Part shown: positions 1 through 8,788 of the stretch, piece after piece
How positions within the stretch are numbered: position 1 is the stretch's first letter
Layout of the letters: each line of letters starts with the position of its first letter
Assembly: GCA_025812035.1 (NCBI GenBank)
Contig: GCA_025812035.1_4719.1
DNA: 64,000 nucleotides
Reading direction: 5' to 3' (one strand)
DNA from: a phage
Notes under the pieces: generated by a model
Seen by the model: the letters and a program-made list of their open reading frames with translations, nothing else
Told to the model about the DNA's origin: nothing
Database searches by the model: none
Position numbers and translations under genes: made by a program

Positions 1-679
1 GATCAAGTTGACGGTGCCATGTTGCGAGTATTCCCGTGTTCGTTACGATGTTTTCTGCTGTTTGCTGTAAATCAGCAATACTGCTTACCGCACCCCCTTT
101 CGGATGAAGATATCGCCAGTTGTAAGGAAAGTTCTCCCAGAATGCGTTATCTTCATTAACGTCGTATTCGGTAATGCTTTTCAGCTTAGCCGCTTTCTTT
201 AATAACGGCTTCACCTGACGAACGAATCGACGGTAACAGCGATTACAGATATCGATCGCGTAGCGGTATAGCTCATTCATGTAAAGCCATAACGCTCGGG
301 TTGCTTCTTTTGCGGTCTGGTCAAAACTTTCCATGTTCAGACTCATTCCGTTGGAAGTCTCCTCTTCCATACCCTCGATGATTTGGTTTGGATCCATTCC
401 CATCCCAGCCGCTGCGGTTGATGCGATATGCTTGATGGTGTTGATATCGCGTTCTTCAACCTCAGTCATGTTTGGGACAATATCCAGCCTGAGTTTATTT
501 AGTGTTTGAAGATGTTGTTCACCTTCTTTCATCACCGTGTTTGTTTCGTCGATTGAGTGAAACTGATTCTCAATATTACCGGCGTCGAGAATATTGCCAG
601 CGATACCGAACGATTCTACAGGTTCATCATCAATCCCTTGAAACAACGATGACATGGGTTGTTGCATCACGTTTTCCAT
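1..679 (-). CDS. Acidic-N-terminus virion/internal-protein family paralog, 5' part only (gene runs past window start)
   Basis: Minus-strand frame open from ATG near 677-679 (GGAG 7 nt upstream) to the window edge; N-terminus MENVMQQPMSSLFQGIDDEP and segment DINTIKHIASTAAAGMGMDPNQII resemble the three downstream paralogs. Absent from ORF track because its stop lies outside the window. Confidence 0.5.
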   Translation of the reverse strand, partial: MENVMQQPMSSLFQGIDDEPVESFGIAGNILDAGNIENQFHSIDETNTVMKEGEQHLQTLNKLRLDIVPNMTEVEERDINTIKHIASTAAAGMGMDPNQIIEGMEEETSNGMSLNMESFDQTAKEATRALWLYMNELYRYAIDICNRCYRRFVRQVKPLLKKAAKLKSITEYDVNEDNAFWENFPYNWRYLHPKGGAVSSIADLQQTAENIVTNTGILATWHRQLD

Positions 680-818
680 TTGGGACTCCTACGTAGGGAA
701 ATCTTGGCGGGTGATCATGTCCGCCATTTACCTTCTGAATCATTAATTCAGAATGCGGAATATGAAGCAAGGCTTCATACCCAAGTCAAAAGATAACCGG
801 ATGTTAACAGCATAATCA

Positions 819-848
819 CCTCCTCCAACCCGTAAGGGAAGGAGGAGG
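819..848 (-). terminator. GNRA-loop hairpin, family copy 1 (CCTCCTCC-AACCC-GTAA-GGGAA-GGAGGAGG)
   Basis: Perfect 8-9 bp G/C stem with A.A internal mismatch and GTAA loop, just 3' of the minus-strand gene ending at 859; no strong U-tract. Confidence 0.6.
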
Positions 849-858
849 GTTATGGTGG

Positions 859-2148
859 TTATGCTTTTTCGGTCACAGCGTTGAAGTATTTCTCTGCAGC
901 AAATACAGCATCCGCATATTGACGTACGGAGGCACGAAGGATCTTGGTTGACAGTACGGTACTTAAACGCGCCATTTCAGAAACCGCACCCACATAAGGA
1001 CGGATGGTTTCACGATCGGCTTCAGGCAGCTTGTCAAGCATGTCGCCCCACTTCGTTTTGATTTTCATACCGTTGAGTTTAGCGGTACGCTCCACAGAAC
1101 CAGCTAAAGCTTCAACCATGTGGAAATAAGAGGGGTCGATCGTACGGAACACGTTAAGATAGGAAGTTAACGCACCTTTCAGTTCGTTATCATCTTTGAA
1201 AATGTTTGCGTTCTCTATCTCACCGGCCACCGTCATCTCGGCTTCAACACGAATATTTTTCACCAACGCATAGGCTTTAATCGCGTCACGTTCGTTTTCA
1301 ACAGCATCGAGACCTTGAATAACGAATTCCTTCCCACCGCTCTCTGGAAAAACAACTTTATTCAGCGCGGATTTGATCGCCAGCAGGTATTTGTCTAAGA
1401 TAGATGGAAGCAGTGTGATGTCGGTGAGGTCTGCGACCTTTTTATTGATATCAGCTACTTGCTTAAACAATGAATCTACACCGCTTGCGCTTCCAGCGAG
1501 TTGTTCGATATGCTTGCTTGCGAACATGGCATTCGCTGACTTCGCATTAGGGAACATATTGACCATATTTTCAGTGGGCTTATCCAGTTGTTTGATATGG
1601 CGTTCACCTTTATTCACGGCGGTTGCGATGCCGACAATTTTGTTGTATGCGACGACCAGGTTCTTGAACAGTACCTGGAGCAGTTTGAACAGCTGCTCAG
1701 CGATATTTGCAATGATTACCCAAACCGCATATAACGCTTGTGCTGCGCGTTCTTTAAAGCCTTCCAATACAATGGCTTGCCCTTCCACTAACTTATCATT
1801 AGCCTGGAACATGTCTTCATCGGACATCCCCAGGTTTGCTGCTGACGTCGAAGCAATCTGACGGATAAGTGCGACGTCGCTAGGACGCGCTTCCGAGATC
1901 GTTGGTGCGATCATGTACGCTGTATCTTCCAGCGTTGCTGAGGTACGCACTGCGATTTCAGCCAGTTCGCTGGATTCATCGATTGTTTCGTCGGTACGTT
2001 GAATCACCAACTCAACTTCGTCCTCTTCGATTTCTGCGTTAGGGTCGTTCTGCTCCGCCGGAATCGCTGCGAGGAGATCTTCAGCACTCAGTAGAGAGAG
2101 TTCGAATGCGTTTTTATTGATGTTATCAAAAAGAGAAATACGAGCCAT
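859..2148 (-). CDS. Paralog family protein, 429 aa (putative internal head/ejection protein; function unknown)
   Basis: Long ORF, ATG with AAGGA SD; acidic N-terminal region; shared module PSDVALIRQIASTSAANLG ... IVLEGF followed by Trp-containing amphipathic helix. Confidence 0.6.
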   Translation of the reverse strand: MARISLFDNINKNAFELSLLSAEDLLAAIPAEQNDPNAEIEEDEVELVIQRTDETIDESSELAEIAVRTSATLEDTAYMIAPTISEARPSDVALIRQIASTSAANLGMSDEDMFQANDKLVEGQAIVLEGFKERAAQALYAVWVIIANIAEQLFKLLQVLFKNLVVAYNKIVGIATAVNKGERHIKQLDKPTENMVNMFPNAKSANAMFASKHIEQLAGSASGVDSLFKQVADINKKVADLTDITLLPSILDKYLLAIKSALNKVVFPESGGKEFVIQGLDAVENERDAIKAYALVKNIRVEAEMTVAGEIENANIFKDDNELKGALTSYLNVFRTIDPSYFHMVEALAGSVERTAKLNGMKIKTKWGDMLDKLPEADRETIRPYVGAVSEMARLSTVLSTKILRASVRQYADAVFAAEKYFNAVTEKA

Positions 2149-2157
2149 GTTAGTTCC

Positions 2158-3474
2158 TTAACCTTTGGTATAAGCGTTAACGAGAGTGTTGATGAATGAA
2201 GTCAATGCACGAAGATATTGATAAGCGAATTGGTTTTCAAGGCGGTTCTCTTTACCACAAAGTAGAATCGCGCGTTTAACGAGCTTAGGATAGATCTCGA
2301 CGTACGGTTGATAGCTTGTATCAAAATTCTGCTCGTTGAAGCGTTTCATGGTGATTTCCTGGATACGCTCCATGGTGCGAATTTTATTGCGAGAGAACAT
2401 CTCAGAGAAAGCACGTCCACGTTTTGTTACCATCAGCAAATCTTTCGCGAACGTAAGTTGTCGAACACTACGTAATTCGTCAGGTGTTGGCAGGACGTAT
2501 GTTTCTGGATCGCTATCCCATTCAACATCTTCAACGACGATATCCAAGTCAAGGTAGTGTTTAACCGCATCGATGATATTGTCTTTTGACGCATCGAATT
2601 CTTTCAGGAAGACCGCCCCGTTGATGTAACGGATGCGTTTCCCGGAAACCGTTGGAGTGATAACGTCAGCACCTTCCACGGAACCGCGATTTTCCAGTGT
2701 CGATTTGACAGCGTTTAAGAAAGACAGATAATCAACGGGAAGTTTTTCAACCTTATCTAAATGGAAGTCGATGATGTTTAATCCTAACCCATCAATAACC
2801 GAATAGCCGTCCGATTTAAGGAACATCTGATTGAAGGTTTCGATGTTGCTTTTCAGCGCGTCTACACCCCCAACTTTGTTACGGTTAGGGAAAAGCGTCC
2901 GCCACCCCGCTTTAAACGCAACCTCTTTATTTTCCTTGTATTTGCCTTTGGGCATCTGTTCGAGGGCCGCAACGGCTTTCTGAAAATTGCGTGTTTCGTC
3001 GTAAACAAGATGGGTAAGCTTCTCGAAGGCCGCTGCCAGGGTCAGGGCAATATCAACTATGATATCCCAGATCTTTTTCATGGCTTTTACAACGGTGTCC
3101 TTAAACCCTTCAACAACCAAAGCTTCTCCAACTTCAACACGATCGGTTGGAGCTAACAGTGTTTCAGAGGGTAGACCCAAGGCAATCGATGCGGATTCTT
3201 GAACGTTACGAACCAATGCAACGTCGCTGTAATTGGCCGATTCGATCGTCGGGGCAACATCAAAACTGATTTCCCGTAACGCCTCAACAGCAGGGAAAGC
3301 ACGATCAAGCGCATCCTCATGTTCGTCGATTGTCACCAAACGTAATTCAACGCCGTCCGCGTCGATGACTTCAGCTGTCGGTTCCACAGCAAGTGCTTCG
3401 GCAACGACGGGATCTTTTTCAAAAGCTTCAAGGCTAATATCGCCTTGTGTTTTAAATAGTGGTATACGTACCAT
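2158..3474 (-). CDS. Paralog family protein, ~438 aa (putative internal head/ejection protein)
   Basis: ORF track 2158..3498; start moved to Met-9 (MVRIPLFKTQ) which follows GGAGA and lies downstream of hairpin ~3523-3554. Module YSDVALVRNVQESASIALG ... LVVEGF. Confidence 0.6.
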   Translation of the reverse strand: MVRIPLFKTQGDISLEAFEKDPVVAEALAVEPTAEVIDADGVELRLVTIDEHEDALDRAFPAVEALREISFDVAPTIESANYSDVALVRNVQESASIALGLPSETLLAPTDRVEVGEALVVEGFKDTVVKAMKKIWDIIVDIALTLAAAFEKLTHLVYDETRNFQKAVAALEQMPKGKYKENKEVAFKAGWRTLFPNRNKVGGVDALKSNIETFNQMFLKSDGYSVIDGLGLNIIDFHLDKVEKLPVDYLSFLNAVKSTLENRGSVEGADVITPTVSGKRIRYINGAVFLKEFDASKDNIIDAVKHYLDLDIVVEDVEWDSDPETYVLPTPDELRSVRQLTFAKDLLMVTKRGRAFSEMFSRNKIRTMERIQEITMKRFNEQNFDTSYQPYVEIYPKLVKRAILLCGKENRLENQFAYQYLRALTSFINTLVNAYTKG

Positions 3475-3522
3475 GTGTTGTCTCCAGTAACAATTCAAAA
3501 GATAAACCAGAACGGCATAAAC

Positions 3523-3554
3523 CCCTCTCCCAACCCGTAAGGGAAGGGAGAGGG
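3523..3554 (-). terminator. GNRA-loop hairpin, family copy 2 (CCCTCTCCC-AACCC-GTAA-GGGAA-GGGAGAGGG)
   Basis: Same architecture with compensatory changes in the outer stem; 3' of the gene ending at 3577. Confidence 0.6.
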
Positions 3555-3576
3555 AATATATCAGTTTATTAACCGA

Positions 3577-4905
3577 TTATTGCTGTGCTGCGTCAGCCGG
3601 TTTCTCAGCCGCCTGGCCGCCGTACTCTTTCAGCATTTTAGCAGCGCCATCCAGTACAGCATTACCTGCCTGAACACCGTACTTCATCAGGCCGGTCTGC
3701 GGATTCACGTAGCAGGAACGTGCGTCTTTCAGAGCAGACAGTACAGCTTGAACACGCTGTTTTTCCTGAGCGGAAACTTCGCCTTTCTTAGACAGATCAG
3801 CTTCCATATCGTCGCCGAATTTAACAGCGTCTTTGAAGCCCTGGGATTTCTTACCGATGTTGCCTTTCAGCGCCAGCAGTTTGTCAGCCAGTACTTCAAC
3901 ACTGCTAACTGCGGCAGCCAGCTGATTCAGAGACAGTACAGTTGCTTCAACTTCTTTCGCTTCACCGGAACGTTCCCAGGTTACTTTACCGTCGTTGGTT
4001 TTGAAACCCCAACCCGCCGGGCCAGCAACGTCAGCAATCGCCGGTGCGTTCAGTTTATCTGCGTACTCGGTGTGGGACTTAGCAACAACGGTGTTGACGA
4101 ATTTATCAGCACGGTCGTCAGCAGCCTTCATTGCTTTCTCGAAGGTGTCAGCGATTTTAGTTGCACCGGTAACCAGATCGTCACCGCCGATATAACCTGA
4201 AACGCCGCTACCCAGTTTAACTTTGGCATTTTTAGCAGCGCCTTTACGTTTGGCGATCATTTCTTTCAGTTTAGCGGCACGTGCTTTCAGTTTGGTTGCG
4301 CCGTCGAAGATACGATCCATGAACTTCACGAAGGTTTCCCAGGAAGTTTTCAGGAAGTTCTTGATGGTTGCCCACAGTTTCTGCCACCATTTTTGTTCTT
4401 CCAGGAAGATCATGTTGGTTGCATCGTAACGGGAAGCGGAGCCACCGAAGCTTTCGAAGGACGGCATGGTTTCCGGCAGTTTGAAACCGATAGTACCACA
4501 CAGGCGTTTCAGGTTACGCATGTGTTCCTGAGCGGTTTGTGCAGACATACCACCGTCTTTCAGGTAGCTTTCGGTTGCAACAACGGTTTCCGTCAGTTCG
4601 TCCATGGCTTCGTCCATGGCTTCTGCGGTTTCGTCGTCTTTTGCAATTTCGATAACAACAGCATCAACCTGCTCGATATCGCCACGAACTTCGATAGCCA
4701 GTTCGGTTTCAGCTGCGGTATCTTCAGCGATTTCAGCGCGTTCGGTCAGTTCAGCTACAACGGTTTCATCATCTGCTGCTGCTGCGGCATCAGCTGCCGG
4801 TTCTGCTTCAACGGTTGCCGCTGCATCCGGATCGATCTCAGCAGCCAGTTGAACCAGCTGTGCGTTAGATGGATTTGCGACAAGACGATCAAAAATAGAA
4901 GGCAT
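3577..4905 (-). CDS. Paralog family protein, 442 aa, Ala/Asp/Glu-rich N-terminus (putative internal/scaffold-like protein)
   Basis: Long ORF with AAAGGA SD; strongly acidic Ala-rich N-terminal ~100 aa; central region similar to the neighbouring paralogs. Confidence 0.6.
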   Translation of the reverse strand: MPSIFDRLVANPSNAQLVQLAAEIDPDAAATVEAEPAADAAAAADDETVVAELTERAEIAEDTAAETELAIEVRGDIEQVDAVVIEIAKDDETAEAMDEAMDELTETVVATESYLKDGGMSAQTAQEHMRNLKRLCGTIGFKLPETMPSFESFGGSASRYDATNMIFLEEQKWWQKLWATIKNFLKTSWETFVKFMDRIFDGATKLKARAAKLKEMIAKRKGAAKNAKVKLGSGVSGYIGGDDLVTGATKIADTFEKAMKAADDRADKFVNTVVAKSHTEYADKLNAPAIADVAGPAGWGFKTNDGKVTWERSGEAKEVEATVLSLNQLAAAVSSVEVLADKLLALKGNIGKKSQGFKDAVKFGDDMEADLSKKGEVSAQEKQRVQAVLSALKDARSCYVNPQTGLMKYGVQAGNAVLDGAAKMLKEYGGQAAEKPADAAQQ

Positions 4906-4969
4906 AATTTGTTTCCTTTACAATAAATTGCACATTAGCTAATGCGGCTTAAGTGAACCGTTAGCTCAC

Positions 4970-5500
4970 TTAAAAGCCCTTAAAACCCGGTGCCATAGGT
5001 TGCCCAAACACCGCATTCAAAGTACATATGATGTCCTGGATGCCATTGTCCCAATGGAGCCAAGTACGCACCATCTCTTCGTCTGACAACGTGATATAAC
5101 TCATAAGTTTACCGCTGCTTTCCAGACGTTGGTGGGAACTTAATGATTGACGATCTGACCAGTTATCAATCAATTGTCCAGCAATCTGTACGTTCGTGTC
5201 TCGTCTACCCGTATGAATAAACCGTAGCGTATCACGGATAAACTCCAGACTGGTGAAGTTCAGATTTGGGTTATGGCTGTTCATTTCCACCCAGTCGGTA
5301 ATGGGGTACATCAAACGATAAAGGGTGGAAAGAACCTGACGTTCATATTTCCAGTCGTCGAGAGGAGTACCGTCAACCAGACGCTGATACAGACTAACAA
5401 CGTCACGATCGAAGTTCTCTTGGCGTTTTACACCGTTAACAGGAAAACCAAAGAACCCGGTACCGTATAACGTTAAAGGGACGTCACGAAGTGCACTCAT
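4970..5500 (-). CDS. Hypothetical protein, 176 aa
   Basis: ORF with ATGA stop/start overlap to the upstream gene (5497-5500), suggesting translational coupling. Confidence 0.55.
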   Translation of the reverse strand: MSALRDVPLTLYGTGFFGFPVNGVKRQENFDRDVVSLYQRLVDGTPLDDWKYERQVLSTLYRLMYPITDWVEMNSHNPNLNFTSLEFIRDTLRFIHTGRRDTNVQIAGQLIDNWSDRQSLSSHQRLESSGKLMSYITLSDEEMVRTWLHWDNGIQDIICTLNAVFGQPMAPGFKGF

Positions 5501-6399
5501 ACAGCCGCCTCTTCTTTTCGTTTGATATCATAACGAAGTTTCTTCAGTCGGTCTTCGTGATATTCGATCTGCTGTTGGATTTTCGGATCGTTACCTGCAT
5601 TCTGTTGCTTTTGCTTCAGCGACAAAATCCAATACTCCAACGCCTGGGCTTCTTCTTTGGCTGCCTGTAACGATGCTTCTTCACGCTCGCTGCGCCAGAT
5701 ACGGAAACGGTAAACAAGCGTGTCGGTTACATCACCATTAGCCCATGAACCCATACGCATCGGGTCGGTGTTACCTGCATTATACAGACCGTTACCAACG
5801 CCGTCTTCATCAGAAACCACAACATCCGGGATTTTATCCAACCCAGCCAGGATCTGTTGTTTCTGCCCACACAACACTTCGGTGGCAACGGCGAAACCGT
5901 ACATATTGGCGGTCAGGTAAGCAATCTCATTTTTGGTGAAGAATTCACCAAGTGCTTTATCACCACCTGGCATGCTTTCACAGATGACTGTTGCACGAAG
6001 CAACGTACGGGCATAGCTAACGTAGAAGCCCAGGGACTCAACAAGACGTACCAGAGCGGCTTCTTTGAAACTTAGACCGTCAGCAGCGACATCGATTTCC
6101 AGGTTTTTATTAACACGTTTAACGATTTCTGGAATCAGGTCAACCGCATTACGTAGTGCTAAGTGAACATTTTCGACCCAGTTTCCAGAACGAACGCGGG
6201 TTAGGCGTTGATGTAGATCCTTATCAGCAAGTTTCCATAACGCGCTTTCTCCCTTCTGGAGAAGCGAAGCGGATGTCTCGTAGTAAGGAATCGCGGTGTT
6301 GTTGATTTCGTCGCGGATTGATTCAAGTGCGTCAGCAACACCGGTGCGTTTAAAAAGCGGTTTCAGACCGCGAATGAATTCTTTAAAATCAATTGCCAT
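5497..6399 (-). CDS. Hypothetical protein, 300 aa
   Basis: Long ORF in the same operon-like run; Lys/Glu-rich coiled-coil-like C-terminus. Confidence 0.6.
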   Translation of the reverse strand: MAIDFKEFIRGLKPLFKRTGVADALESIRDEINNTAIPYYETSASLLQKGESALWKLADKDLHQRLTRVRSGNWVENVHLALRNAVDLIPEIVKRVNKNLEIDVAADGLSFKEAALVRLVESLGFYVSYARTLLRATVICESMPGGDKALGEFFTKNEIAYLTANMYGFAVATEVLCGQKQQILAGLDKIPDVVVSDEDGVGNGLYNAGNTDPMRMGSWANGDVTDTLVYRFRIWRSEREEASLQAAKEEAQALEYWILSLKQKQQNAGNDPKIQQQIEYHEDRLKKLRYDIKRKEEAAV

Positions 6400-6438
6400 G
6401 AGTGAGCACCTATGCTATTTCGAAACAGGTTACGTGTA

Positions 6439-7545
6439 TTAACGAATCTGTGGGACGTTTCCGGTACGGAGCGCCTGGAGGATCGTCAGAAGATCGGAAC
6501 CCGAGGTTGACGAACTGTTTGATTTTTCCAGTTGTTTGAAGCTTACGGTGGTCCCTTGATCCAGACTGTGGAAATAGAAGGTCACCATCTCCTCAGCTTC
6601 GTCGATGATGATCAGTTGCATTGCAAGGGCTTCAGCCATGACTTTCTGGCGTGTATTGTAATCAGATAAACGACGTCCGATCTTACGCTCGATGGCTTCC
6701 TGGTTAGCCTTAGAGATGATATAGGTGGAGGCGATTGCTCCAGAAGAAGGGATCTTTGTGCTCGCTGCCGCTTTTGCAGCATTGATGCGCGCAGCATTCA
6801 CCGCTTTACGGATACCCTCTTTATCCATGCGTGAGATTCGTTTATGTTCACGAACCAAATCGCTAAGCAGGATCATATCACTCCAGAAAGATAGCTCACC
6901 GGCCATCATGCGATGCCAGCGTGCTCGCCAGGTGTTCTGTGGGCCACCGATTGCTAAAATCGATGCAAGCACTTCCGCTGGTGAACTTGCGATACGCATG
7001 CTGATGTTCAACGGCATTTTCATTGTTGCCTGACCGTCGGTCAGCGTCACCGTTAAGAACTTGCCGGTGACCGCGTTTGCATCTTTGTTCAGCAGTTCGA
7101 TCGCAGCGTCGCTGGCTCCAACATCGATGCTATTTTTTTGTTTCCCCTGCAGGTTGAATCCTTTGTCGTCAAGGAAAACAAGGCTTTTGCTATCCGCACT
7201 TTCCAGTGCTAATTTAACAGCCTTATCCATCAGGTTAGCGTTACGATTTGGGTTAACACGACCCAGCGTTTTATCTACACTGATGTTACCCACCTGCATG
7301 ATGGTGTTCAACGCCAGTAAATAGAACCCGGTATACATGTTTTCAGCGGTGCGCATGCAGTTGCCTAACGCATTGCGTGCGTCGCTATAATACAACTCAC
7401 GTTCAAAGATCAGCGGTGCGATAACGCGTGAAGGTTGTGAGAGTTCAACCAGCGAACCTGGTTGGATAAGTTTATTGACTTCGTAGACTTTAGCGATACC
7501 GGACGCAACAACGTTAACAGCGTCGGCAATTTCTGATGCTACCAT
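6439..7545 (-). CDS. Hypothetical protein, 368 aa (possible virion protein)
   Basis: Long ORF, ATG preceded by AAGGA; first gene of the minus-strand run; no recognisable motif. Confidence 0.6.
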   Translation of the reverse strand: MVASEIADAVNVVASGIAKVYEVNKLIQPGSLVELSQPSRVIAPLIFERELYYSDARNALGNCMRTAENMYTGFYLLALNTIMQVGNISVDKTLGRVNPNRNANLMDKAVKLALESADSKSLVFLDDKGFNLQGKQKNSIDVGASDAAIELLNKDANAVTGKFLTVTLTDGQATMKMPLNISMRIASSPAEVLASILAIGGPQNTWRARWHRMMAGELSFWSDMILLSDLVREHKRISRMDKEGIRKAVNAARINAAKAAASTKIPSSGAIASTYIISKANQEAIERKIGRRLSDYNTRQKVMAEALAMQLIIIDEAEEMVTFYFHSLDQGTTVSFKQLEKSNSSSTSGSDLLTILQALRTGNVPQIR

Positions 7546-7579
7546 ATTGAAATCCTTATTTACAAATAAAGGAAAGAAA

Positions 7580-8785
7580 ATGTCTAATTACTACGACCAA
7601 GCTATTCAAACCATTCAGGAGAATAATGCGTCGTTAACACCCGAAGCTGTGGAGGCAGCGGGTAACGCGGCGTTATTCACCGATTCGGATTGGGCAATAG
7701 CGCGGAAGAATATTCGTACCAGTGTCGGTCAAGGGACATACGAGGACAGTATCGCCAGACGGTATCGGAATGTGTCACCTATTCCGGGTAACAGCCCGAT
7801 TCCGATTAACCGCGATCATGCCGGTATTACCTTCTTCACACGACCTAATTTACATCTTACCGACGCGAACTTAAAACGAGATCGACGTTTGTGGTCGTTA
7901 CGCACGGATAACCCTAACAGCATTCAGGCTGTTGTCCGTGACTACTTGGACCCTGTGGGTGCCAGAAAGCGAAACCATCGAGGACGTGCCATCGTCGATG
8001 AGCGCAATCCATTCATAAGTATACTGACGGATAACCTGACGGATATCAGTGGTTTCAACGACATGGAAATGCAGGTCTATCAGGGTAAACCAGGATTACG
8101 CCAAGAAACCGTTGTGATGGCCGACGGTTCGGTGGATATGTTCCAGCCATATAACCTGAACGCGACGTTCAAGAACATCATGGGTAACCCCATCATGTTC
8201 CTTCATTATATTTGGTTAATTTACATCGCAGGTGTGCATAACGGTGAACTGACACCAAGCCCTCAGGCCATCGTTGATAATGAAATGGATTACTGGACAA
8301 GATGCTATCGCATCATCCTGGATCCGACCGGGATGTATGTTCGTTATATCTTCGCACCGACCGCGATGTTTCCTGTTGGGCTACCGATTGGTAATATGGC
8401 TAACTACAGCGTTGACAAACCCTTCACGCAAGATAACGAACGTATCACTATTCCATATCAAGCGGTTGGCAACAACGCGTTCGATGAGATTCTGAAGGAT
8501 GAATTCAATCGACTTGTCCTGATGTTCTATTACGGTGAGAACGATACCCGTACGTTCCTTGAAGATGAGGAGCTGGTACCTATCTCACCCTACGAGCGTC
8601 GAATCATGTCTTATCGTGTTGATATGTATCCGTTCATTCATCCGTTAACCTCAGAGCTTCTCTGGTTCGTACCCGCTGATGATTACAACGAATTCTATCT
8701 GGACCTTGAACCGTCAGCGTTACCACCGGATACGTTCAGTCGCGATCTTGTCCGTACCACCATTCCGCAAAATTACGAGGGATAA
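7580..8785 (+). CDS. Hypothetical protein, ~401 aa
   Basis: ORF track 7547..8785 begins at TTG; ATG at 7580 (MSNYYDQ) follows AAAGGAAAG. Divergent from the 6439..7545 gene with only ~35 nt between starts. Confidence 0.6.
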   Translation: MSNYYDQAIQTIQENNASLTPEAVEAAGNAALFTDSDWAIARKNIRTSVGQGTYEDSIARRYRNVSPIPGNSPIPINRDHAGITFFTRPNLHLTDANLKRDRRLWSLRTDNPNSIQAVVRDYLDPVGARKRNHRGRAIVDERNPFISILTDNLTDISGFNDMEMQVYQGKPGLRQETVVMADGSVDMFQPYNLNATFKNIMGNPIMFLHYIWLIYIAGVHNGELTPSPQAIVDNEMDYWTRCYRIILDPTGMYVRYIFAPTAMFPVGLPIGNMANYSVDKPFTQDNERITIPYQAVGNNAFDEILKDEFNRLVLMFYYGENDTRTFLEDEELVPISPYERRIMSYRVDMYPFIHPLTSELLWFVPADDYNEFYLDLEPSALPPDTFSRDLVRTTIPQNYEG

Positions 8786-8788
8786 TAA

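Noticed and set aside
1373-1861. Plus-strand ORFs lying antisense inside long minus-strand genes (for example 1373-1861, 3580-4200, 4393-4926, 4604-4852, 12391-12810, 41507-41740)
   Set aside because: Each is fully contained in a much longer opposite-strand ORF with conserved paralog or motif content, and several have low-complexity composition; they look like shadow ORFs of the real genes.
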